A DNA stretch of 64,000 bases from an uncultured Methanosarcinaceae archaeon (lineage in GTDB: Archaea > Halobacteriota > Methanosarcinia > Methanosarcinales > Methanosarcinaceae): assembly GCA_963847185.1 (NCBI GenBank), contig CAWJYV010000007.1, positions 800,001-864,000 on the forward strand. Reading direction: 5' to 3'. The position numbers and the translations under genes are program-made. Position 1 is the stretch's first letter, and every line of letters starts with the position of its first letter. The notes beneath the pieces are model-generated. The model had not been told where the DNA came from, ran no database searches, and was given only the letters and a program-made list of their open reading frames with translations. Shown here one piece after another: positions 43,446 to 52,698 of the stretch.

Positions 43446-45620
43446 TTAGTTACTTGATTTGGAAAGATATTTCAAATCGTTCTTCAGCACATTTTTCTTT
43501 GATTTAAAGTATTCCAATGACTTCTCCGGTTCTTCAGTAGTGACCTGTGCAAGTTTATCAGCTTCAATGCATTGTTGCTGTAAATTGACAATTTTAAGAT
43601 ATTTTTCTAATCTACTTTCACTGCCGGTGTTGAGATCATCTATTGAAATTAAAGCATCGGCTGGATAAATGCTTTCTAAATTATCTTTTACTGAATCAAA
43701 ACGATAGTATCCATAATCATCCACATTCAGTAATCTCTTTGTGTTTCTTGAAATATTCTTCATGGATTTGAGTTTTTCGTAAAACTCGGGGTTTCTTTTA
43801 GGACCGGAATGGATTCCTCCAAGACTATCCAGACCATAACCAAACCCTAAAATATCCCTTGCTGATAGCACTTTCTGGTCATTAATTGATTTGCCATAAC
43901 TAACATTTACAAAATGAAATAGATGATTTTCTTCATATCCTCTTTTGGTAAGTTCTCTTTTCATTGCATTTAACATATCTATATGGGTTGTAATCATGCT
44001 GCTGTCAAAATCAATATAGTAAGCATTGATTCCTTTGTCAAGGTAATAATTTATGAGTTCCCTGCCGAAAAGAGGGGCTGTTGCAGGTATGTATCCCATA
44101 ATGTTTTTCTTGTTTCTGATTTCGATGCTATCGTAGCATGAATCTAAATATTCTATGAAAGCATCAAAGTTTTCAACGTTCAAATTTCTGGCTACTTTAG
44201 GAACTGAAGGAATTGGGGTTATATCCGAATGTGAGTATGCAAAGTTAGTCAGGATGTCAATTTCTTTTTCTGTGGGATATCTTATTCCTTGCTTATTTTA
44301 AAAAGAAGAGAAGAATGTTGATTGATGAGAGATTATATCTCCCACAAAAATGGATTGATGATAAGGTACGTTGTTTAAAGGCTAAAGTTCCTCTTGAAGA
44401 GATTAAATTCCGAACCAAGCATGAGCTTGGTCTTGAAATGATTGATAATGCAATAGAAGAAGGTATTCCTTTTTCCTATGTTACAATGGATGGATTCTAC
44501 GGTGAAAATCCGGAGTTGTTGACAGAACTTGAAATTAGAGGTTTAACTTTTGTTGCAGACATAGCTGTCGATACTCTTGTTTATATTGAGGAACCAGTTG
44601 CTGAGATACCTGCGAAAAAGGGAATAAGAGGAAGAAAACCCACTATCCCCAAGGTTTTGAATACATTATCAACAAGAGTAGATTCTCTTTCCAATTCAGT
44701 TGAGGGATGGGAACTTATCAATGTTAGAAAAACGGAAAGAGGGTATAAAAAAGTCTATTTTAAGGCTATAAAAGTTTGGAGACGTCAGAATAAATTACCT
44801 TGTGAGAAGCCGGTATGGCTTCTTATAAGTAAAGATTCAGAATCAAATGAAATTAAATATTCACTATGTAACGCCTCTGAAGATACATCATTCGATAAAC
44901 TTGCAAAAATGCAGAGTTCAAGGTATTGGATTGAGAGAGCATTTCAAGATGCGAAAGGAGACTGTGGAATGGCAGAATACATGGTGAGAAATTGGAATGC
45001 GTGGCACCATCATATGGCATTAGTAATGCTTGCAATGCTTATTTTACTCTCCTATCAGAAAAAATTCAACAAAATGTATAAGATGTCAATTCCTGGAGTT
45101 TTATGGATACTGAAGTACCATAATCCATTGAAAAGAATCGATGCTCGGGAAATTGCAGGAATCTTAAATCAAGATAATGAGTTGAGAAGGAAAGCAAGGG
45201 TTAGCAGATTAAGAAGTTCATAATAATTTTCTGATTGGAATAAATGGATTCGTGTTCCGACGACTGGTAAGTATACAATTTTGACAGGAAACTCCAATTT
45301 TCTCCTTTATTCTTAAATTCCAATAGGCAGAAGTAAGGGCACCCATTAGCTTTTTCTTTTTCCCTTTTTAATTGCTTGTTTTTGTCGGATGAGAATTTTA
45401 AGTCCTGATCTTTTTTTATTAGAGATTCCTCATCGAATTTCAAAAAGAGCTCCTGTAAGTCACAAAGTTCCTTTGGAAAAGAAGTATCTTTGTAGAAACT
45501 GTTTGTTGCAATCGCTTTAGTTGGTGTTTTCAGTTCTTTGTTCCCGATTTGCACCTGTAAACTTCTTAAATCAGTATCATCAGCAATCGAACACAGATGA
45601 ATTTTCGTTTCTTTTGTCAT
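43446..45620 (-). pseudogene. Hypothetical ~387-aa protein (possible TIM-barrel/TGT-like fold) interrupted by an IS701 fragment
   Basis: 45292-45620 + 43446-44280 = 1164 nt, rejoining in frame as ...ENWRYPTEKE...; ATG overlaps the PIN gene stop (ATGA). Confidence 0.75.
44283..45291 (+). mobile_element. 5'-truncated IS701-family element (transposase C-terminal part, ORF 44315-45223)
   Basis: FLAY...LIDERLYLP, DGFYG, RYWIERAFQDAKGDCG, WNAWHHHMAL; no N-terminus or left TIR. Confidence 0.85.
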
Positions 45621-46114
45621 CTTAACAATTCCTTGAGAATATCTTCTCTTATCCAGAAAGAAGAACATTTTATGCTGTCGTATATTTCTTTACACTCATC
45701 ACTTGTGAGCTCATTAAGTTTCTCTTTTTGCCATAAGAGTAAACCTATAGTCCCATTTACTTTTACACCATATTTTGACTTCAACTGCCTTGCTCTTTCA
45801 TCAATGATGCAGCGATAACTGTCTCCAGATTGTTCTTTTTCTATGCCGGCACAGAGGACACTGACCTCTCCATCATGCAACCAGGGATAACGCTTTGAAA
45901 TTTTTGATATGCATTGTTCATCAACGTTATCTATAACCAAAAAGCCTTCGTAAGCCTTGAGTAATTTGAATGTTTCAGGGTTTTTTCTAAGCTCTTCATA
46001 TACTTGCTTTGTAACAGACAAATTATACCCGTGTTTTTTGCAGATTTCAAAAGCTTTCGGAAAGTTAGCTTCCCGAAGCAAGCAGACAATTGAGGAGGCA
46101 TCAAATATTTTCAT
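45617..46114 (-). CDS. PIN-domain ribonuclease (DUF3368/COG2405-like toxin)
   Basis: IFDASSI, LHDGEVSVL, IIDERAR, VNGTIGLL. Confidence 0.82.
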   Translation of the reverse strand: MKIFDASSIVCLLREANFPKAFEICKKHGYNLSVTKQVYEELRKNPETFKLLKAYEGFLVIDNVDEQCISKISKRYPWLHDGEVSVLCAGIEKEQSGDSYRCIIDERARQLKSKYGVKVNGTIGLLLWQKEKLNELTSDECKEIYDSIKCSSFWIREDILKELLR

Positions 46115-46119
46115 GTTTT

Positions 46120-46692
46120 TTACCTCCTCTGCAAATCAAGAAAAGTTTCGATATTTACGCCTGCAAGAAAAGCAGCTTTTTCCAAACTAACGATTCCTTT
46201 TTTGTAGATGGAAATCGAGTTTTTAACCCTTGATTTCATTATTCTGCGATATTCGGTTGATTCAACGGTAAAATCAGGATATGAAGCATAGATAAAAAGA
46301 AGAATTTCGTCATTGGTGAGATTGCTCATAAATTCTTTGAAGTCTTCAATGGATTCTTTTTCTTCCGGTGAGAAGAGATCTTGCTTCAGACCCAATACCT
46401 TGATACCCAAAGGAGTGATTTTGTAAGTATTGCCCTCTTTTTTTTCAACAAGACCCATTGATACCAGGTTATCCATGCTAACTTCTGAAGCTTCACTATA
46501 TGGACCAAGAGAATGAGGAATGAATTCTGCCCTTTCATTCACTTTATCAATGTAATTCGATATCAGAAACATTTCTTTTTGAAAAGCAACGTTTCCTTTT
46601 ACCGGTTTTTCATCGTCCACTTTCAATAATTCAAGTATAGCAACGCTTAAAGGAGAAAGATCCTCTGCGATACTATCTAATGAAAATCTCAA
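46120..46692 (-). CDS. Antitoxin-like protein: YwgA/SocA(Panacea)-like wHTH fused to UPF0175 HTH
   Basis: FQKEMFL...FIPHSLGPYSE N-domain; C-terminal IYKKGIVSLEKAAFLAGVNIETF. Confidence 0.65.
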   Translation of the reverse strand: MRFSLDSIAEDLSPLSVAILELLKVDDEKPVKGNVAFQKEMFLISNYIDKVNERAEFIPHSLGPYSEASEVSMDNLVSMGLVEKKEGNTYKITPLGIKVLGLKQDLFSPEEKESIEDFKEFMSNLTNDEILLFIYASYPDFTVESTEYRRIMKSRVKNSISIYKKGIVSLEKAAFLAGVNIETFLDLQRR

Positions 46693-47167
46693 TCTGTATC
46701 CCCCTTAAGCTTTAATTCGATGCTCGTTGCTATTTGAAATAGTATTTTCTTTTTCAAAGGATATACGACTATATTTTATAATACTTCTCATTATTATATC
46801 TCTTACAAACTCTTGAGCGGAAACTCAATCCAACTTCAGCATTATAAATTATTTTCTCTCAAATTCTTCTTTTATTTCGTGTGGAATACTTTTTTACTCT
46901 ATTTTTGAGATTCTTTTTCTTCGTTTGTACTTGTAATACAGATATATATGTTGTATATTGTTTAAATTTTTGATTACATCTCAGAAAGTCACAAAAAGTG
47001 TTTTTTGCTCGAAATGTGGTTCGACATTTGAAAAACCAACGTAGAAATTTTAAAGAAAGTTATAGAGAAAAGAAAGAACCTCAAAATCATCTGTTTAGTT
47101 CAATGAAAGTTCCAAAAGAGAACTGTTATATAAATTAAGTTCTTTTAAAAACTCACGGAGAACTCAG

Positions 47168-48685
47168 ATGACTGATACTGAAAATTCACAGAAGCCCCCT
47201 GTAGGATGGCGCTGGACAACTATTGGAGATGTTAGTGAGGTAAAAGGTGGTAAACGTCTACCAAAAGGACATGACTACTCTGAAACTCCTACAGTTTTTC
47301 CATATATAAGGGTTACTGATTTCGAAAATATGAGTATCAATCTGGGATCACTAAAATTTTTGAATTCTTCTACTCAAAAACACATCAGTAATTATACGAT
47401 TTCAAAAAATGATATCTACATTTCCATTGCAGGATCAATTGGGAAAGTTGGATTGATTCCCGTAAAATTAGATGGTGCAAATTTAACCGAAAATGCAGCT
47501 AAAATTACTGATCTAGGAAGCATAGATAGAAAGTTTTTATGTTATGTTCTTACTTCTATACAATCCCAAGAGCAAATTAAAAAATTCACTATTTCATCAA
47601 ATCAACCCAAATTAGCTTTGTTCAGAATTAAGCAGATAAATATTCCTCTTCCGCCTCTTCCAGAACAATCCGCTATAGTCTCAAAAATCGAACAACTTTT
47701 CAGCGAACTGGACAACGGCATTTCCAACCTCAAACTGGCACAGGAGCAGCTCAAGGTTTATCGGCAGGCGGTGCTGAAGAAAGCATTTGAGGGGGAACTT
47801 ACCAAAAAATGGCGGGAGCAGCAGGCAGATTTGCCTGATGCAGAGGATTTGCCGGAGCAAATCAAAAATGAAAGAGAGAAAGTTGCCAAGGTCTCTGATA
47901 AAAAACAGAAAGCAATTAAATCGCTTAATGAAACTGAATTAGCAGAGTTGCCAAAAATACCAGAAGAATGGAAATGGGTAAAAACTGCTGATATTATTGA
48001 TCCAATAAACAATGGTTATACACCAAAAGCCAATTTCCTTTCATCTGGATCAGGCGAAGTTCCTTTCATCAAAGTTTATAATTTGAATTTTGATGGATCA
48101 TTTAATTTTCAAAAAGATCCAACTTTTATTCCAAAAATAATTCATCAAAAGGAGCTTGCAAGATCGGTTACCTATCCAGGAGATGTCCTAATAAACATCG
48201 TAGGACCACCTTTGGGAAAAGTATCTATTGTAAGTGGTCAATTTCCTGAATGGAATATTAACCAAGCTATTGTGCTATTTAGACCTAACAAATGGGTGAC
48301 AACAAAATTAATTTCATATTATCTCCAAAATTCTAAAACAATTCAATGGCTAAAAAATACATCTAAAGCCACAGCTGGCCAGTTTAATGTAAAGGTTTCG
48401 ACCTGCCGTGAAATCCCCTTTCCTCTTTTTTCAATTGAAGAACAAAAAGCCATCGTTCAGGAAATCGAAACCCGCCTTTCAGTCTGCGATAAGATAGAGC
48501 AGGATATCAAAGAGAATCTGGAAAAAGCCGAAGCACTGCGGCAGAGTATTTTGAAAAAAGCGTTTGAGGGGAAGTTGCTTAATGAAAGGGAACTGGCAGA
48601 AGTTCGAAAGGCAGAGGATTGGGAACCGGCTGAGGTTTTGCTGGAAAGAATAAAGGCTGAAAGAGCTAGAAATGGGAAAAACTGA
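47168..48685 (+). CDS. hsdS: Type I R-M specificity subunit
   Basis: PPVGWRW, PLPPLPEQSAIV and IPEEWKW conserved regions, two TRDs, QSILKKAFEGKL. Confidence 0.95.
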   Translation: MTDTENSQKPPVGWRWTTIGDVSEVKGGKRLPKGHDYSETPTVFPYIRVTDFENMSINLGSLKFLNSSTQKHISNYTISKNDIYISIAGSIGKVGLIPVKLDGANLTENAAKITDLGSIDRKFLCYVLTSIQSQEQIKKFTISSNQPKLALFRIKQINIPLPPLPEQSAIVSKIEQLFSELDNGISNLKLAQEQLKVYRQAVLKKAFEGELTKKWREQQADLPDAEDLPEQIKNEREKVAKVSDKKQKAIKSLNETELAELPKIPEEWKWVKTADIIDPINNGYTPKANFLSSGSGEVPFIKVYNLNFDGSFNFQKDPTFIPKIIHQKELARSVTYPGDVLINIVGPPLGKVSIVSGQFPEWNINQAIVLFRPNKWVTTKLISYYLQNSKTIQWLKNTSKATAGQFNVKVSTCREIPFPLFSIEEQKAIVQEIETRLSVCDKIEQDIKENLEKAEALRQSILKKAFEGKLLNERELAEVRKAEDWEPAEVLLERIKAERARNGKN

Positions 48686-48741
48686 GGGTGCAATTGAGGG
48701 TGCAATTGAGGGTGCAATTGAGGGTGCAATTGAGGGAGCAA
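48683..48741. repeat. 12-bp tandem repeat (TGAGGGTGCAAT) x4 + 1 imperfect
   Basis: Directly visible; the first TGA is the hsdS stop. Confidence 0.9.
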
Positions 48742-48795
48742 AAATATAGACTACAGAATAAAAGATACCTCCGGCTGGTCAAATGATACAGAAAT

Positions 48796-48903
48796 TACCT
48801 CTCAAGCTGCCCCCAAGCTACCCTGAAAGCTACCCCGCAAGTTACCCCGCAAGCTGCTCCCCAAGTTACCCTGCAAGCTACCCCGCAAGTTACCGAGCAA
48901 GTT
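48796..48903. repeat. Degenerate 12-bp tandem repeat (TACCCCGCAAGY), about 9 copies
   Basis: Reads as TPQV/TPQA repeats with frameshifts. Confidence 0.8.
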
Positions 48904-48979
48904 GTCAATAGATCTTGAAAATTAAGTTCCGTAAGGAAGTAAAAACAAAAATATCACTCTCATTTCAAGGATCCAAATC

Positions 48980-50476
48980 ATGTCTGAAAATACCTCATCC
49001 ATCGTTTCCAAAGTCTGGAGCTTCTGCAACGTCCTCAGGGACGGGGGCGTGAGCTATGGAGATTATCTGGAGCAGTTGACTTATCTCATATTCCTGAAAA
49101 TGGCTGAAGAGTACAGGAAGCCGCCTTACAACAGGAATATCGGGATTCCGGAAGAATACACATGGGATAAATTGAAACAGCAGAGGGGAGCAGAACTCGA
49201 TACTCACTACAAGGAGCTTCTGGAAGAACTGGGGAAAAAGCCCGGGATGCTCGGGCAGATTTTCCTCAAAGCCCAGAACAAGGTCAGTGACCCTGCTATG
49301 CTCTACAAGATCATTGATATGATCGACAAGGAAAGCTGGGTCATGATGGGTGTGGATACAAAAGGAGAGATCTACGAAGGGCTCCTGCAGAAGAATGCAG
49401 AGGATACAAAAAGCGGAGCCGGGCAGTACTTCACCCCCAGGCCGCTCATCAAAGCAATGGTCCAGTGCCTGAAGCCCGAACCCATGAAAACAATAGGAGA
49501 CCCCTGCTGTGGTACAGGCGGGTTCTTTTTGGCAGCTTACGACTTCCTTACATCACACCACCGGCTGGATCGGGAACAGAGCCGTTTTCTGAAAAACAAA
49601 ACTTTTGGCGGTAATGAAATAGTTGCAGGTACCCGACGGCTTGCTCTCATGAATATGTTCCTGCACAACATCGGGGAGATTGACGGAGAGCCCATGATCT
49701 CAAATTCCGATGCTCTCATAGCAGATCCTGGTTATCGTTACGATTACATCCTTACAAATCCCCCTTTTGGAAAAAAAAGTAGCATGACCTTCACAAACGA
49801 AGAAGGCGAGCAGGAAAAAGAAGATTTAACTTACAACCGTCAGGACTTCTGGACAACTACAAGCAACAAGCAGCTTAACTTTTTGCAGCATATCCACACT
49901 ATCCTCAAAACCGGCGGGCAGGCAGCAGTTGTATTGCCTGACAATGTCCTGTTTGAAGGTGGAGCAGGAGAAACCATTCGCAAAAAGCTTCTTGAAACTA
50001 CGGACCTGCACACAATCCTGCGCCTGCCAACAGGCATTTTCTATGCAAATGGCGTAAAGGCAAATGTGCTCTTTTTTGAAGCGAAATCCGCATCAAAAGA
50101 GCCCTGGACAAAAGAAGTGTGGATATACGACTACCGTACAAATGTACATCATACCTTGAAAAAGAATCCGATGAAATATTCGGATCTTGAAGACTTCATC
50201 AAATGCTACAATCCCGAAAACCGGCACAGCCGTACAGAGACCTGGAGTGAAGAAGCTCCAGAGGGCAGGTTCCGGAAATTCAGCTATGAAGAAGTTGCAT
50301 CAAGGGATAAAACGAATCTGGATATCTTCTGGCTCAAAGACAAAAGCCTGGCTGATCTGGACAACCTCCCGGACCCTGATATTCTCGCAAATGAAATTAT
50401 AGAGAATATGGAGGCTTCACTGGCAAGTTTCAAGGAGATTATGGCCACAATTAACGGGGAAAGTGAAGAGAATTGA
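48980..50476 (+). CDS. hsdM: Type I R-M N6-adenine methyltransferase
   Basis: GAGQYFTPR, DPCCGTGGF, TNPPFG, LRLPTGIFYA. Confidence 0.96.
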   Translation: MSENTSSIVSKVWSFCNVLRDGGVSYGDYLEQLTYLIFLKMAEEYRKPPYNRNIGIPEEYTWDKLKQQRGAELDTHYKELLEELGKKPGMLGQIFLKAQNKVSDPAMLYKIIDMIDKESWVMMGVDTKGEIYEGLLQKNAEDTKSGAGQYFTPRPLIKAMVQCLKPEPMKTIGDPCCGTGGFFLAAYDFLTSHHRLDREQSRFLKNKTFGGNEIVAGTRRLALMNMFLHNIGEIDGEPMISNSDALIADPGYRYDYILTNPPFGKKSSMTFTNEEGEQEKEDLTYNRQDFWTTTSNKQLNFLQHIHTILKTGGQAAVVLPDNVLFEGGAGETIRKKLLETTDLHTILRLPTGIFYANGVKANVLFFEAKSASKEPWTKEVWIYDYRTNVHHTLKKNPMKYSDLEDFIKCYNPENRHSRTETWSEEAPEGRFRKFSYEEVASRDKTNLDIFWLKDKSLADLDNLPDPDILANEIIENMEASLASFKEIMATINGESEEN

Positions 50477-50493
50477 AAATCAGAGTTTTGCCG

Positions 50494-50537
50494 GTGCACA
50501 CCATTGCAGGCAACGGGGTATGTTCGCTCCACCGCTC
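50494..50537. repeat. Short palindromic element resembling IS200/IS605-type end hairpins
   Basis: ACACCATTGC-AG-GCAACGGGGTAT imperfect hairpin followed by GTTCGCTCCACCGCTC. Confidence 0.35.
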
Positions 50538-50630
50538 AGGTCATAATGAACTATAAAAAATCGATTATTTTCATTTGTTTGCATGCTTCTGCAAAAAATG
50601 AATTGATTGAATAATCAGTAGTAATATAAT

Positions 50631-50646
50631 CGCCAGTATTTTATAT
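50631..50646 (+). promoter_or_regulatory. Putative BRE/TATA promoter of RNA array 2
   Basis: CGCCAGTATTTTATAT, homologous to 42265-42280. Confidence 0.55.
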
Positions 50647-50668
50647 TAATAATTCCATAATATATATT

Positions 50669-50932
50669 GGTCACAAGGAAGTAAGCTGTAAAATGGAGCA
50701 AATTCAGGGCAGATTAAAACCTGATCCCGAAATAACTTCATTAACGCGTAACTTCATTAACGCGTAAGCTGTAAATGGAGCAAATTCAGGGCAGATTGAA
50801 ACCTGATCCCGAAATACACTTCATTAACGCGTAACTTCATTAACGCGTAAGCTGTAAATGGAGCAAATTCAGGACAGATTGAAACCTGATCCCGAAATGA
50901 ACTTCATTGTTGCAGTTCAAACCTTGTGAACC
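50669..50932 (+). ncRNA. Putative modular structured ncRNA, array 2 (3 units)
   Basis: Unit starts 50693, 50775, 50858; same unit consensus and terminal stem (GGTCACAAGG/CCTTGTGAACC) as array 1. Confidence 0.62.
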
Positions 50933-51033
50933 ACCTTATCAACTCTTTTAATCAACGCTAAAGCGCATAGATATATCTTTTTTCATCTTTTTCCGTTTTT
51001 TCCATCTTTCACTTGCTTTTCTCACTTTTCGTT

Positions 51034-51387
51034 CCGGGCAGCTTTTCCTAAAGCTCAGAACTAGTGAAGGCGGATCCGGAGAAATAATCCGCAAAGAATT
51101 TCTTGAAAACACAGGCTTTCACACAATCCTGCGCCTGTCGACAGGTATTTTCTGTGCAAATGGCTAACGGCAAATATGCTCTTTTTTGAAACTTCAGTTA
51201 TGATGAAATTGTAGAAGGGATAAAACGAATCTGGATATATTCTGGCTCAAAGACAGAAGCCTGGCTGATCTGACAACATTCCAGACCGTGATATTCTCGC
51301 AAATGAGATTATAGAGAATATGGGGGCATTTCTGGCAAGTTTCAAGGAAATATGCCCACAATTAACGGGGAAAGCGAAGATAATTGA
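51034..51387 (+). pseudogene. hsdM: Internally deleted, degenerate hsdM relic
   Basis: Three segments match hsdM at about 49252-49283, 49954-50080 and 50277-50476, with frameshifts and stops. Confidence 0.8.
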
Positions 51388-51598
51388 AATCTGCTTAAGT
51401 AAATCTAAAACGGTAGTTAGTTAGATACGGTAGTTAGTTAGATCTGAGCCTCACTACCTTTTAACCTTAACAGTTAACCCCACTATCTTTTAACCTTAAC
51501 CATTTAAGTATTGATATAATTTTTCTTAAAATGCCAGAATTCTTCTTAAAATGCTAAATTTCGAGTTCTGAAAATTACCGTAAAAGGAAGGCAATCAT

Positions 51599-52510
51599 AT
51601 GAAAGAGAATCAAGCTAGCATTTCTGCAATGATGACCGCTTACATTCGTGCTCATCATTCAATGAATGATACTCCTAAAATTTTTGATGACTTTCTGGCC
51701 TATCGTTTGATACCGCCAGAGGTACGGACATTGATTGAACAGGGTTTTAAGAGGAATGAACATTTCAAAGATTCTGAACGTACTGAATCACTCTCTGGCC
51801 AGACGACTAATTATGCTTCCTTAATGAAAACAACAAACGTTCTCAGCCGTGCACGATACACGGAAGACGCTTTAGAGAAGGCTGTCACGCAGGGAGTAAA
51901 ACAATATGTGATCCTTGGGGCGGGAATGGATACCTTTGCATTTCGGCGGCCGGAAATGATGGATTGTTTGGAAGTGTTTGAGGTTGACCACCCAGCCACA
52001 CAGAATTTCAAGCTTCTTCGCCTTGCAGAGTTGGGATGGGAACATCCAGCAAAATTACATTTCATTCCTATAGATTTCACAAAAGAAAATCTAGTGACTG
52101 CACTCACTCGCTCATCAGATTATGACCCTAATGCTAAAAGCTTCTTTAGCTGGCTTGGTGTCACCATGTACCTGACTCGAGAAGAAGTATTTGATACACT
52201 TCGCTCTATCACTGATATTGCCCCCGAGGGCAGTATAGTTGTTTTCGATTACTTTGATGCAGATGCATTTATTCCCGAAAAATCATCCCCAATAATGCAA
52301 AAGAAGCAGGCCATTTTCCAAAAGATGGGTGAAAAAATGATTACAGGTTTTGATCCTTCTACTCTGGCCAAAGATATTGCAAGTTTAGGATTGCATATCC
52401 ATGAGAACTTGAGCCCGGAAGATATCGAAAAACGTTATTTCCAGGGACGCATGGACGGATATCATGCTTCTGAGCATGGACACATTGCATATGCAATAAC
52501 TGAAAAATGA
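51599..52510 (+). CDS. SAM-dependent methyltransferase (LCM/TIGR00027-like)
   Basis: QYVILGAGMDTFAFR, FEVDHPATQ, WLGVTMYL. Confidence 0.92.
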   Translation: MKENQASISAMMTAYIRAHHSMNDTPKIFDDFLAYRLIPPEVRTLIEQGFKRNEHFKDSERTESLSGQTTNYASLMKTTNVLSRARYTEDALEKAVTQGVKQYVILGAGMDTFAFRRPEMMDCLEVFEVDHPATQNFKLLRLAELGWEHPAKLHFIPIDFTKENLVTALTRSSDYDPNAKSFFSWLGVTMYLTREEVFDTLRSITDIAPEGSIVVFDYFDADAFIPEKSSPIMQKKQAIFQKMGEKMITGFDPSTLAKDIASLGLHIHENLSPEDIEKRYFQGRMDGYHASEHGHIAYAITEK

Positions 52511-52698
52511 CTTAAGAATTATGAATATTTAAAAATTATGAAAAGATAACAATTCCCAGGAAAAGTTTTGGTAATAGGGTTAAGATCTGTTTCTGTAACA
52601 CTGCAAGGAAAATAACGTGCGACAGATCCTGATCCCGTATGCCCATTACCTGCTGGCTCGAATCACTTTATTCATATAATGTGTTCACTTACCTGTGT

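Noticed and set aside
45201-45668. 155-aa ORF as an independent gene
   Set aside because: It is the N-terminal part of the interrupted gene (true start 45620) reading into IS sequence
47168-48685. Phase-variable hsdS shufflon
   Set aside because: Only one hsdS; no inverted silent TRD copies or recombinase seen
48457-48741. Minus-strand ORF MLPQLHPQLHPQ...
   Set aside because: Artefact of the 12-bp repeat, antisense to hsdS
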